Assembly (NCBI RefSeq): GCF_009914755.1 | Contig: NC_060945.1 | Length of the DNA stretch: 64,000 nt | Origin: the human T2T-CHM13v2.0 reference genome, Homo sapiens | Reading direction: 5' to 3' (one strand) | The notes under the pieces: generated by a model | What the model was told of the DNA's origin: nothing | Database searches by the model: none | Seen by the model: only the letters and a program-made list of their open reading frames with translations | Translations under genes and position numbers: made by a program | In this document: positions 1 through 13,766 of the stretch, piece by piece | Position numbering within the stretch: the first letter of the stretch is position 1 | How the letters are laid out: the number at the start of each line of letters is the position of its first letter

Positions 1-534
1 GGCTCTTGATTGTGGGAATGCTGTGCCAGGGGTTTATGGAGTCTTGACATAACCTGTGAGTCTTCAAAAAGCACATAGATTGTCAACATGAGTTGTTGAC
101 CCCAAAACTGTATCTCTAGAACAGAATATTCCCTGGAGCATCAGGCAGGTTTATCAAACCCAGAGGAGATCCACATTCAATTCGTTATGTCCAGAGCCAA
201 TGAGCTCATTCCCCAAGACCAGGTCTTCCTGTGCTCCCTCTTGTATGATGAAGGGCATCACAGACTCCACTTTGCCCAAGCGCCAACCTGAGCATCATCC
301 TGAACCACACTCTCCTGCATCTAGTCCATTTACAAATCTTACCAGTTGTACCTCTTGTTTGCTTCTTGCTAAGTCAAGTGCCCCAAAGATGAAGGGCTAT
401 CAAGGGCCACCAGTACCAACTCCAGAGGGGAGGATGAAGCCCACTCTCTTTCTATGCTTGACGTTTAGCATGGTGCAGTGAAATACACATCAAATCAGGA
501 ACCATCCACAAAACAGGGATTTGAGGTAATAAGG

Positions 535-941
535 TGGTATTGCTTGAATTTTTGTCCCTTTTGAAACTCATATTAAAACTTAATCCCCAATGTGACAGTG
601 TTGGGGTGGGAGTCCTTTAAGAGGTGATTGAGTCATGAGGGCTCTACCCTCATGAAGGAATTAACCCATTCCCCAGTTAATGGGTTAATAGATTAGTGAT
701 TTATCACTGGAATGGGTTAGTTGTAGGAGAGCAAGTTGGCTGTCTCTTGTGAGCCCCTTGCCATGTGATGCCCTGCACCACCTCAGGACTCTACAGAAAG
801 TGCCCACCAGCAGAAGACTCTCACTAGTTGCAGCCCTTCGGCCTTGGACTTCCCAGCCTCCAGAACTGTAAGAAATAAATTTTTTTATAAATTGCCCAGT
901 CTCAGGTATCCAGTTACAGCAACAGAAAATTGACTAAGACA
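535..941 (+). mobile_element. MaLR solo LTR, MSTC/MSTD-like
   Basis: TG...CA termini (tggtattgcttgaa ... gactaagaca); typical MST body (ttaatccccaatgtg, ggacttcccagcctccagaactgtaag, aataaa); degenerate 5-bp flanks taagg/tagga. Confidence 0.8.
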
Positions 942-1329
942 TAGGATCAATGCTATGATTAAAGAGTTAATATATGCAAGACACTTAGGACAAGCTGTAC
1001 AAAGTGGGTGCTACAGAAGCATTAGCTATTGCATGGTGGTGGCTGTGCGATTGTACTATTGGATAGAGTCAAGGGGTCTGGTTCTCAACCTTGATCTGCA
1101 TTAAGCAGCTATGGACAAGTTGCCCCCACTGCCCCCCACCACCAAGGGACAGATTCCTCACTGAAAATAAAAAACAAAAAACAGAACAAAACAAAACAAA
1201 ATCAGAATTGATTTTGGCCCCTTGAGAGACTGAACACATGTTCTAGTGTCACTACCATTTTTCAAAATGGTTTTGTGGAATTCCGTTTTGCCCACGGAAT
1301 TCATCATGTTTTTTTTTTTTTTAACAAAA

Positions 1330-2370
1330 ATCAACTTTTTATTTTGCAATAATTGAAGATTCACAGAAAAGTTACAAAGATAGTATAGAGAGTCCCCAAA
1401 TACCCCTCATCCAGTTTCTCCCATTGTTAGCATCTTATATAATCCATTACATTTGTCAAAATGAAGGAAGTGGCATTGGGTTACTACTATTAACTAAACT
1501 CCAGACTTTACTTGGGTGTCGCTAGTTTTTTCCTTAATGTCCTCTTTCTGTTCCAGGATCCAACTCAGGGTACTCAATTGCATTTAGTTGTTATGTCTTT
1601 ACAGTCTCCTGTGGTTTGAAGCAATTGGTCAGTCTTTTCTTGCTTTTCATGACCTTGAGAGTCTTGAGGAGAACTAGCCCAGTATCCTATTGAAGGTTCC
1701 CCCGTCTGGGTTTGCCTGTTGCTTTCATCATGAATAAACTTGGGTTATGGATTTTTGTTAAGAATGCCATAGAGGCGAAGTGTCCTTTTCATCACATCAT
1801 ATCAGGGAGTACATGATAGCCAGATGATATTACTTATGGTATTGACCTCAGTTAAGGAAGAGTTTACCTTAACCATCACTCATTTAAGGTGGAGTTTCCC
1901 AGGTTTCTCAATTGCAAAGCTTCTATTTCTCCCTTTCTCTAGTCTTTGGAAGTAAGTCACTAAGTCTAGCCTACCCTTAAGGTGTGGGAGGGATTGAGTG
2001 CCACCCCCTAGAGGGGTGAATATTTACATGTATTATTTCAAATTCTTCTTTAAGGAAGATGTGTCTCTTTTCCCCCATTATTTTATTTACTTGATCATTT
2101 ATTTATATCAGTATGGAGTCATAGATATTTATTTTATAGTTTGGGTTATAATCCAATACAGCATTATTTATGTTGTTGCTCAAACTGTTGCGGCTTTGGC
2201 CATTGGGAGCTCTTTCAGGCTGATTCCTGTTTCTTTTTGACATGCTTCCTTCCCTTTGATTTTTGAGCACTTCCTCACCTCCTGGCACTACAAGATATTC
2301 CAAGCTCATGTTGTATTTCCCTTGCTCCAGCCCTAGAATCAGCCATTTCTCCAAGGAGCCCTCGTTCATT
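1330..2370 (-). mobile_element. Old L1 3' end (L1MC-like)
   Basis: Antisense L1MC 3'UTR motifs (gattcacagaaaagttacaaagatagt, ctttctgttccaggatcc, gttgctcaaactgtt...gctttggccattgggagctc). Confidence 0.7.
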
Positions 2371-2516
2371 ACATTCTTTTGAATGTTACCAATAGTGGCA
2401 AATTCAATTTCTTTGTGGGTGGAATTAACAACCAAAAGTCAATTGGAATCATATCTGGTGAAATAGATTGGTAATCAAGAGCATTAAATAACATCTTTCA
2501 TCAAAAACTGTGTGAC

Positions 2517-3035
2517 GGCATACAAACACATATTTATAGCAGCACAATTCACAATTGCAGAGATATGGAACCAACCTAAGTGCCCATCAACAAGTGAGTG
2601 GATAAAGAAAATGTGGTATATGTACACCATGGAATACTACTCAGCCATAAAAAGGAATGAAATAATATCTTTTGCAGCAACTTGGATGGAGCTGGAGGCC
2701 ATTATTCTAACTAAGTGAAGTAACTTAGGAATGGAAAACGAAATATTGTATGTTCTCAGTTATAAGTGGGGGCTAAGCTATGAAAATGCAAATACATAAG
2801 AATTATATAATGGACTCATTTATCCCTCACCCCCCTTCCCAACCTTCTCTCTCAGGTGAGGGATCAAAGACAACACATTGGATACAGTGTACACTGCTTG
2901 GGTGATGGGTGCACTAAAACCTCAGAAATCACCACTAAAGAACTTATCCATGTAACCAAAAACCACCTGTACCCCAAAAACTATTGAAATAAAAATAAAA
3001 ATTAATTATTAAACCCCCCCCCCAAAAAAAAAACC
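2517..3035 (+). mobile_element. 5'-truncated L1PB-type 3' end
   Basis: ORF2 C-terminus (WNQPKCPS...EWIKKMWY.YTMEYYSAIK), 3'UTR, A-rich tail; TSD aaaactgtgtgac (2504-2516) / aacactgtgtgac (3036-3048). Confidence 0.9.
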
Positions 3036-3126
3036 AACACTGTGTGACAGAAAGTAAGCATTGAGCCCAAAGAATTGTCAAGGCTGAGAAGCAAACACAG
3101 CCAGAGTTTCTTTTAAAAAAAGGCTT

Positions 3127-3437
<311 letters not shown>

Positions 3438-4664
3438 TCACTTTAGTATTTATGCCTAAAACAATCTGATCAGCTTTCTGCTTTTGTGGGATGCATTGAG
3501 CATGAACAATGTCACTGATGTTAAAGGAGCAAATGAGCATTCTCTTCACTTTTGAAATAAGTATTTTTCTTACGTCTCAGGGATGTTGAGGCTTTCTACA
3601 GCGAACGTTGATGCTTTACTTCTGGACCATAATAGAAACACTATGTTCTACGATCGGTCATTATTTTTCTCTAAAACATGTGCTTTTTGTTTTTTCAAAC
3701 CTCCCTTGAAAAATCAGAGCAAATGCCAAGGCTTTTGAGTGTAAGTTTATCATTCAAAATTGTTGGCAAGTTTTCACAGAAATTTCCCTGCTGTCCCAGT
3801 TCTCTTCCCTCTGAATGTAACACTCCGGCCAACGTGCTCACAATTACTTGTTCAGCGCACTGCCTGGTTCAGCACTTCCACAGCCCTTGTGAGTGACGAG
3901 GCTCCATGGCAGAGCCATCTCCTTCCTTCCTTAAACCTTCCATGACAACCCCTAACTCTTGTCTTTGCCATCTGTGCTTGGCTCTTTCTCCACATATTCC
4001 TTTTTAACATGTCAAATGTCTTGCTGGCCCCACTGTGTTACTTTATGCAAAATGTGAGGCTCTTTGTTCCTAAAACTGCTATCATTTTTACTCAGGCATG
4101 AGCACCCGCACTTCCTTACCCTCTGGCACAAATCTGCCTGCAAGGCAGGTTGTAGCAAGTCCCTGTTAAGACTGGTCTTTGATTTCCACTGGCCTCAAGG
4201 GACACCTCCTTGGGTACACAGAAATCCATTTCATTGGTTGGACAGATACTCACAGTGCAGAGCTAGAAATGTCTGTGCTGCCCTTAGAAGGACTACATGT
4301 CACTCAGCTAGGAGACACCCCCAGAAATTCCCCATCAAACTCTATTCCACAGAGCCCCCATCAATGACAGTAAACCATGCCAGTACTGCCCTAGATCAAA
4401 CCCACACAGTTGCAGCGTGAGTCTCTTCTCTCTTTCCCTTCTTATCCCAACTTACCCAAATTTAATGAAAATGCTGAAATCGAAACTGACCGAAATAGAA
4501 ATTGCTGCTCCCATATTTAAGCACTGTTCAGTGCATCTTGCTCCCCCACATTCTGGATTCTTCTCCCACTGCCTCATTGAAATTGCTCTCTAGCTTCACC
4601 AGGAGCTCCCTTGTGGCAAAATATAATGGACATTTTTCATTTATTTCTCTGGGCTCTCTCTGTC

Positions 4665-5077
4665 TGTCATGGTAGAAATTGTGTGTCCCCTGCTACCCAC
4701 CCCAATTCATGTGTTGAAGCGCTGACCTCCCATGTGACTGTATTTGGAGACAGGATCTTTAAGGAGATAATGAAAGTTAAATCAGATCATAAAGGCAGGG
4801 CCCTAATCCAATAGGACTGATGCCCTTCTAAGGAGGTGGGGGTGGGAAGAGAGAGAGAGAGAGAGAGACAGACCAGGGATGCGTGCACAGAGGCAAGGCC
4901 ACATGAGGACACAGCAAGAAGGTGAACATCTGGAAGCCAAGGAGAGGCCTCAGGAGAAACCACACCTGCCAATTTCTGGATCATGGACTTCCAGCCTCCA
5001 GAACTGTGAGAAAATCAATGCCTCGTGGAAGGCACCCAGTCTTGTATTTGCTATGGCAGCCTGAGCAGACTAACACA
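4665..5077 (+). mobile_element. MaLR solo LTR, MLT1A-like
   Basis: tgtcatgg...gactaacaca termini; ccctaatccaataggactg; ggacttccagcctccagaactgtgag. Confidence 0.8.
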
Positions 5078-5382
5078 CGCTCCTTCTAGAAACACTCTAT
5101 TATCCCAGCTCTGTGATTCTCTTCCCACCTTTCCAACGATTCCTGGAGATTTCCTCTTTCAAGTATTCTGAGTGTTGCTGTCTCTGTCTTCCATCCACAG
5201 CCTTCTCACTCATAGCATTTCAAGCATTTCAACTCCTATTCCCAAGCCAAAGTCATCAACATCTATGTCCCCTGGAACTTCAGATGTGAGTGTCCAATTT
5301 CTGGTTGGAAGTCTCCCAGGTATCTCATAGGAACCTCAAAGTCAACACGTGCAAAGCTGAACTTACCCCTTTTCACCTGTTT

Positions 5383-5878
<496 letters not shown>

Positions 5879-6291
5879 TCAATAGCCATCACACAGGCCT
5901 TTGTTGCCTCTGGCCAAGCCTATCACAGCAACCATCTGATGGGCTTTCTCAAATCTATCCCTTGTCCTACCGGCCACTGCCCTTAACCAATATTAAATTT
6001 TGACCATGTCAATCCTTAACATTTGACATTAAACATTAAAGCTTAACATCTTTGGTGCCTCTGGAATAACTCTCAGCTAATGTCCTCACTCCTTAGCAAG
6101 AATATGGGGCCCAGTGCAGCGTGGCTCCTGCTCACCCTCCAAGCTCAACTTTTACTCTTTTTTGCCTGCAACTTTGTGCTTTAGCCATGCTCAGGGTGCT
6201 CCTTCCCGCGCATCTGCTGTCTTCTCTGAGGGCCCCACTCGTGTATGTCTGTCTCTGTGTCCAAACTTCTCCTTTTATAAGAACACCAGGG

Positions 6292-6591
<300 letters not shown>

Positions 6592-6665
6592 AAGAACACC
6601 AGGCATATTGAATTAGGGACCACCCTGATGACTTCGTCTTAACTTGATTACCTGTCTCAAGACCC

Positions 6666-7010
6666 TGTCTTATTCTGCTTGGGCTGTGATAACAAAGTGC
6701 CATAGTCTGGGTGGCTTAAACGACAGACATCTATTTCTCGCAGTTCTGGAGGTTGCAAAGTCCAAGGTCAGGGTACTGGCATGGCTGAGTTCCAGTGAGA
6801 TTCCTTTCTCCTCTCTCCCTGTGTCCTCACACAGCAGAGAAAGAGAGAGATCTAATGTCTTCCTTTTCTAATAGGGGCACTAATCTCATATGGAGCCTCC
6901 ATTCTCATGACCAAATTTAGCCCTAAGGTTCTACCTCCTAATGCCATCACCTTGGGGGCTAGGGTTTCAACATATAAATTTGGGGGGACAAAAATATTTG
7001 GTCTATAACA
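6666..7010 (-). mobile_element. MLT1A-like LTR nested in an older MLT1
   Basis: tgtcttattctgcttgggctg ... ggtctataaca termini; flanks gaccc/gaacc. Confidence 0.75.
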
Positions 7011-7749
7011 GAACCCGTCTTCCAATAAGGTCTCATTCTCACCTCAACATATGGATTTAAGGGAGATAACAATTCAATCCAAAACAGCCAGCTAGCTGGG
7101 GGGTGAGAAATTTTGTTCAAACTTTCCCACAGTGACTCCAGAGAAAACTTTTCTCTGCAATTTGTGGGATGGGCTGGCTTGAGGATGGGAGTGTGGAAAG
7201 GGACAGAGGATCTGATGAAAGATACCAGAGCCCCGACGTTGTGATGAACTTTATAGAAAAGCTTCCTGATCGCCAGTGGTGAAGGCCACCAGTCTGTTCA
7301 TGGCGATGACATTCTTTCCTGCCCAGGATATAACATTGGCTGGGACTGATGCCTTTTGTTTCCTTCATTAGCCACTGGTCTGTCTGGTTTTCATCTTATC
7401 ATGATTATAATAGGAATAGTGATTACAATTTCTTCAACAAAAATTTATTTGCATCTATAACACGCTGGGCATTGTAAAGATTGTTGGAGATTTTAAGCTG
7501 TGACTTCGTTGTGGTCCTTGAATGTCAAAAAGAGAATCACATTTTTATGTGTTACTGGAAAAGTAGCGACTTCCTAAAAGTTTTTTTCACCCTAATTGTG
7601 CTAGTTAACAAGCTCAGAAGAGCAGAAAAAAAAAAACAAAAAAAGTTACCACCAAATCCCATGACCTAAATTTGGTGTATCCTCTTATAATTTTTTTCTA
7701 TACCTTTAGAAATGCATGTGTTACCCTTTTATATGGTTTGTTCATTTAA

Positions 7750-8480
7750 AAAATTTTTTATTTTGAAATAATTTTAGACTCACATATAAGTGGCAAAAGG
7801 AGTACAGAGAATTCCTCTGTACTCTTCCCCAGGTTCCACAGCGATAACATTTTTAAAATTTTTTATTTTTAAAATTGTGGTAAAATACAAATAACACAAA
7901 ATTGACCATTTTAAAGATGTTGAAGTACACAGCTCAGTGGCGTTAAGAACATTCAGGCCAGGCGCGGTGGCTCACGCCTGTAATCCCAGCACTTTGGGAG
8001 GCCGAGGCAGGTGCATCACCTGAGGTCAGGAGTTCAAGACCAGCCTGGCCAACATGGAGAAACCCCATCTCTACTAAAAATACAAAAATTAGCCAGGCGT
8101 GGTGGCGGGTGCCTGTAATGCCAGCTACTTGGGAGACTGAGGCAAGAGAATCGCTTGAACCCGGGAGGCGGAGGTTGTAGTGAGCCGAGACTGTGTCACT
8201 GCACCCCAGTCTGGGAGACAGAGTGAGGCTCTGTCTCAATACAATACAATACAATACAATACAATACAATACAATACAATACAATACAATAAAAACAACA
8301 ACAAAAAAACCATTCTCAGTGTTACGCTGCCATCACCAGCATCCATCTCCAGACCTTTTTTCCATCTTCCAAAATGGAAACTGTGCCAATTAAACAACTT
8401 CACCTTCCCTCTCCCCACAGGCCTTGGCGACTCCCGTTCTACTTTCTGTCTCTGTGAATTTGACTACTCTAGGGACTCAA
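7750..8480 (-). mobile_element. Old L1 3' ends (L1ME/L1MB-like), interrupted by an Alu
   Basis: attgtggtaaaatac...aaaattgaccattttaa; ttctactttctgtctctgtgaatttgactactctagg. Confidence 0.75.
7956..8305 (+). mobile_element. AluS whose tail has become an (AATAC)n microsatellite
   Basis: Full dimer; about 10 aatac units at 8238-8290; TSD aagaacattc / aaaaccattc. Confidence 0.95.
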
Positions 8481-11220
8481 GGGGCCCTGGCTTCCCTGCT
8501 ATGAGTGAACTTGAAGGAGCAGGGAGGAGTTTCCAAGACACCCAGTTTCCCTCTCCCTGGGCTGCAAGTCCGGCAGGCCACTGGGTTTCCTGTGTTCTGG
8601 GTGACTTCTCAAGCCTAGTGACCTGGAACAGGGGTGCACAGTGGGAGGACAGAGGCTCCCTGATGTGTGTTTGGCATTGCCAATCTCCTTATTAGCTTAT
8701 TGGTGCAATCTCACCAATAAGAGGCTGGCTGACAGGGAGCACTGATTTCTAGCGTGTGTTCTTGAGGTTCAAAAGGGAAAACAGCCATTTGGGGTTTGCA
8801 TAGAGAATGAGGTTTCAGCTAACCATGGCTGATTACAGAATTGCTCCAGCAGTGACCGTGTTTGACCTCGACCTCAATACCCCAGCAGCTGCCCCTGCTG
8901 TGTCTGTTCAGTGAAACAACCCTTGCAACCACGCCTCCAAGTCCGTCACCACAGATCCCTCCTGCCTGAGTTTTCAGTGGCTGCTGTAATAAAGTACCAC
9001 TGGCAGGGTGGCCTAGAACAACACATTTTATTCTCTCACAGTTCTAGTGGCCAGAAGTTCCAAATCAAGGCATCCAAACTAAAGCTCTTTAATGTTGGGC
9101 AAGTTACTTAATGTCCCTGTACCTCACTTTACTCATCTGTCCAATAGGAGGGTAAGAGCACCCCAGGACACTCCTGGTGCTCTGCCCAGACCTCCAGGGA
9201 TCCCTTTTACCCATTTTGTGTGTGCATCCCGCAGCTTCTGTGTGCTTTCCTTCTACCTGCTCGCACCTGCAACCTTCTTCAGACACCTGCTAATAGAGCT
9301 GCTTCACCTGCAAAGGACATAGAGTTGGAAGTGCCGGGGACTGCGTGGTGCTCCCTGGAGCCAATGCACAGCATGCTGGTCTTCCCATGGTGGAATACAG
9401 GCTTGCAGGGTTCCCACCTGAGGCTTTATAGAGAGATACAGGGCATGGGGTCCTCTAGGCAGGGTGACAACCGCATCCCAGTTTGCCCAGGCCTTTCCCA
9501 GTTTTAGCACTGAAGTCCCCATGAAGGTGGGTCATAGACACACTATCAAGTCACAGGAGCCTAGCAGGAGCCTTTCTGAGTGATCATCCTGCCCTTGGCA
9601 TCAGGTTCATGTCTCTGTACTCACATGGATGATGTGGGACTCTCGCCGTGGCTGCAACAGATAAGACCGGCACTGTTGTGGAGAAGCTTAGGGGGTTTCC
9701 AGGGCCTCCCAAGCTTTTCTGCTGCCTGACTTCTCCCTTTGGCTGTTGATGGCAGCAAGCCCGCGCCAGGAGTGAGAATGAAGGGGGCATCCTGGGCATT
9801 ACCCCCCTTCATTGTGACTGGTGGGGCTATTCCTGGAGGAATTAACTTTGGCACCATTCAGGGAAGCTGTGAATGAAAGGCAGCTGCACAGACATCATAA
9901 TCTGTAGCCGGGAACAGGCAGGCCGCTCTGGCACCCAGCCCGCCCCGTCTATGTGGTGCCAACAGCTCCTGGGCAGACACAACCGGGAATTTTAAGGCAA
10001 GGCCTGTATTTGCAGTCCTCCCTGCTGGCCGTAAACCCCGGCTTGTTAGTTTCAAAGGCTTGAGGTCAAATGTACCATTATAACAAGTTAGACCAGTTTA
10101 TAAAAGAAGACCAAGGTGGGAGGTTTTGCCAGTATTTGTTTCACATCGTCTTGCTCTTTGATTTAAATGTTTTGATGAACTGCCCTGATGGTCATGATGC
10201 TGGTGGCCAGTGAAATCCTACCAAACCTTTCTGTGCTAATTCTGCCCAGAACATGGTTGGAGAATCCTTAATGATCACAATGCAGTAATTTTCCCCTTTT
10301 CACCATTCGGAACTATTGCAAAACTTTCCAAGGGATTGGCCTGATTCCCTGGGGCCCTCCCTCATCCTGGAACCCTGATATCTTGTAGAACTGCCACTTT
10401 GGGAGGTAGGATGTGGATAGACCAAAGCATAAGAACAATGCTTCATGGCGTTTCTGCAACACAAGATCTTCATTTCTTAACCACTTCCTCTTTTTGAGTG
10501 GAATTAGAGGAAGTCGAGAAAAAAGGGGATTAGGAAATTCATTCCAGCATACGGAATAAAATCTGTCCTTCAACAAATGAAGGCTGAAAGGGACACGTGA
10601 ACATTTCATCTAGCATATTCCTATATTCCTGTTCTTAGATGATGCTAAGCTGTCATTTCAGAAGAAACCCAGCCTCTTCGCTGTACCTCCAAATCCCAAT
10701 TTTCTGTGAACAGGGACGGAGGAAGAGCTGCCAACAAGGAAGTTACCTAGGTTTTGACAGCTTATTAGTTCTATTATTCCGACTCAGGCTCAGGGCTGCA
10801 TGGGCCAGTAGAGTGCGGGAGAGTCTGAGCAACACAGGGACTGGATAATTTTCTCCTATAAAATTCAATGCTGTTGTTGGCTTCAATTTCACCAAATGAA
10901 ATCTCCAAATGACCAATGGCAAAGAGAAAGCACTGTCGTCTCACAAAACTGCCTTGAGTTATGATTTCAATAGATTCTAGCTACCGTGCTTTTACTAAAT
11001 TCCCAAATACCTGCAGCTTTTGTTGGTATAATATTATTTCACTATCACTAAAAAAACCCCAAATCAGAATCATTTACATCTTGAGGCATACCCAGCGAGT
11101 TACAGGCTTAAAGTTACCTTATCTGGTAAGAGTGAAAACCATATCCCTCTGTTGTTTTTCTCAAGGAATCATATTGTTTTTCATTCCTATTTCTGGAGTT
11201 ACTTGTGAGGCTGAACGTCT

Positions 11221-11527
<307 letters not shown>

Positions 11528-11837
11528 AAGGTTGAACATCTTATGTTTTTTAGCCATTTGCAATTCTTCCAGAGCCTTCGACCCACATCTGTTTTCTTAA
11601 CTCTCTCCTAGAATCATTTTAGAATTATGGAGAATTATTAAGGGAAAGAGAAGAAGTGCACAGTAGGGGATGAAGGGGGAGAGGTGAAACCAGGTGGGGA
11701 GCACTGTTCTCAAGCCCTCCTCCAGCTCCCTCTGACTTTTCTTTCCCCAGGGCTAGATTCCCTCCACCCCACTCCTATTTTTCCTCGAAGGCCATGTCAA
11801 GTCTCTTAGGATAAGTCCCTCTTCTCCTCTAATAACT

Positions 11838-11875
11838 TACTACTCTTGATCTTAGCCGAAACGCTGAGAAGTGAT
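11838..11875 (-). pseudogene. 3'-truncated U2 snRNA retropseudogene (U2 nt 1-38)
   Basis: Reverse complement atcacttctcagcgtttcggctaagatcaagagtagta vs U2 5' end atcgcttctcggccttttggctaagatcaagtgtagta (33/38); flanked by degenerate direct repeats tcctctaataact / tcttataataatt. Confidence 0.9.
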
Positions 11876-12491
11876 TCTTATAATAATTTGTTTTGCTTTT
11901 AATCATTCCAGGTAAAGGGAGAGGACCTTTAGTCTTGGATCCTGACCTCCTTTTAGGTGAAACTTCCTCTGAGGACAAAGTATAGTGGTCCCAGTGTCCC
12001 TGTCTCATTTAAAAAGTAAAATACTGGTAGTATAGTTTGGGATAAGCAAGCTAAGTAGTCAGATTCTGGCATTCTGAATCTTCCTTTTGCTTAGGAATTG
12101 CTAAGGCCGAGGGTTGTCTCTGGCTCAACATTTGCCTGAACGTTCAGTCTCCTTTCGGGTCTGTGAGGGAGCAAATGCTACTGCGGGAGCCTCAGGGAGC
12201 CCTGCCCACACCTTCCTCTTCCCTTCCTTAAAGGTCACGATAGCTGGGTTCATCCCGTAGTTGGATGTCAAGTTTACTTTTAAAATAGATTGTAACACTT
12301 AATTCTTGCTGTCATCCTGTAGGAAATACCACGATCCAGTGGTAGCCTCCAAGTATATCACCCTGAAAACAATTCTGGTGGTCTCAAAACAGAAAGCACA
12401 GAGGCCCAATTAAGATGCTCAAATCTCATGGTTTATTAAGTCAACGTGAAACACACAAGAAGAAGCAAGGGGATAAGGATGGGTTAGGTAG

Positions 12492-13551
12492 TGTATTAGT
12501 CAGGGTTCTCTAGAGGGACAGAATTAATAGGATATATATATATATGTATATATATGTATGTGTGTATTTACATATATTTATGTGTGTTGTGGGATCTTGT
12601 GATTGTGTGAGTTAATACTATTTAATATACTCCCCTTTATACATATATACGTATATATACATATATACGTATATATGTATATACGTATATATACATATAT
12701 ACGTATATATGTATATACGTATATACATATATACATATACGTATATACATATACGTATATATGTATAAAGGGGAGTATATTATATGTATATATATGTATA
12801 TATATGTATATATATGTATATATATGTATATATGTATATATATGTATATATGTATATATATGTATATATGTATATATATGTATATATGTATATATATGTA
12901 TATATACGTATATATATGTATATATGTATATATATGTATATATACGTATATATATGTATATATACGTATATATATGTATATATATGTATATATATGTATA
13001 TATATGTATATATATGTATATATATGTATATATATGTATATATATGTATATATATGTATATATATGTATATATATGTATATATATGTATATATATGTATA
13101 AAGGGGAGTATATTATATATATATACACACACACATATATATGTGTATATATACGTATAAAGGGGAGTACATTAAATAGTATTAACTCACACAATCACAA
13201 GGTCCCACAATAGGCCATCTGCAAGCTGAGGAGCAAGGAAGCCAGTCTGAGTTCCAAAGCTGAAGAACTTGGAGTCTGATGTTTGAGGGCAGGAAGCATC
13301 CAACACAGGAGAAAGATGGAGGCTGGGAGGCTAAGCCAGTCTAGTCTTTTCACATTCTTCTGCCTGCTTAATATCCTGGCCATGCGGGCAGCTGATTAGA
13401 TGGTGCCTACCCAGATTGAGGGTGGGTCTGCCTTTCCAGTCCACTGACTCAAATGTTAATCTTCTTTGGCAGCACCTTCACAGACACACCCAAGATCAAT
13501 ACTTTGCATCCTTCAGTCCAATCAAGTTGACACTCAGTATTAACCATCACA
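12492..13551 (-). mobile_element. MLT2A (HERV-L) solo LTR with an expanded internal TA repeat
   Basis: tgtattagtcagggttctctagaggg ... cagtattaaccatcaca; perfect TSD ggtag at 12487-12491 / 13552-13556. Confidence 0.92.
12533..13154. repeat. (TA)n / (TATATG)n / (TATACG)n-rich compound microsatellite
   Basis: Directly visible; source of the Y/I-rich ORFs at 12578-13213. Confidence 0.97.
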
Positions 13552-13766
13552 GGTAGCCACACTGAGTATAGTGTGAAGGTGGGGTGGAAGACCACACACC
13601 TCAGTCCGGAGTTACATGATGTTCATGCATCCTATTTCTCTGCTGTCTGCATCTACCTCCCCCAAGGAATATTGAACAGCGGCTCAGCAGGCAGAGGTGC
13701 CTGCAATCAACACTTGCTTCTTTTATTGGAGAGATGCAGGAGAAATTACACCTGGTCACAGCAGCA

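Noticed and set aside
660-690. Hairpin attaacccatt...aatgggttaat
   Set aside because: It falls within the MST LTR, whose consensus (by recall) has this repeated ttaat/gg motif.
12578-13213. Overlapping Tyr/Ile-rich ORFs of 105-185 aa
   Set aside because: Translation of a TA/TATG microsatellite.
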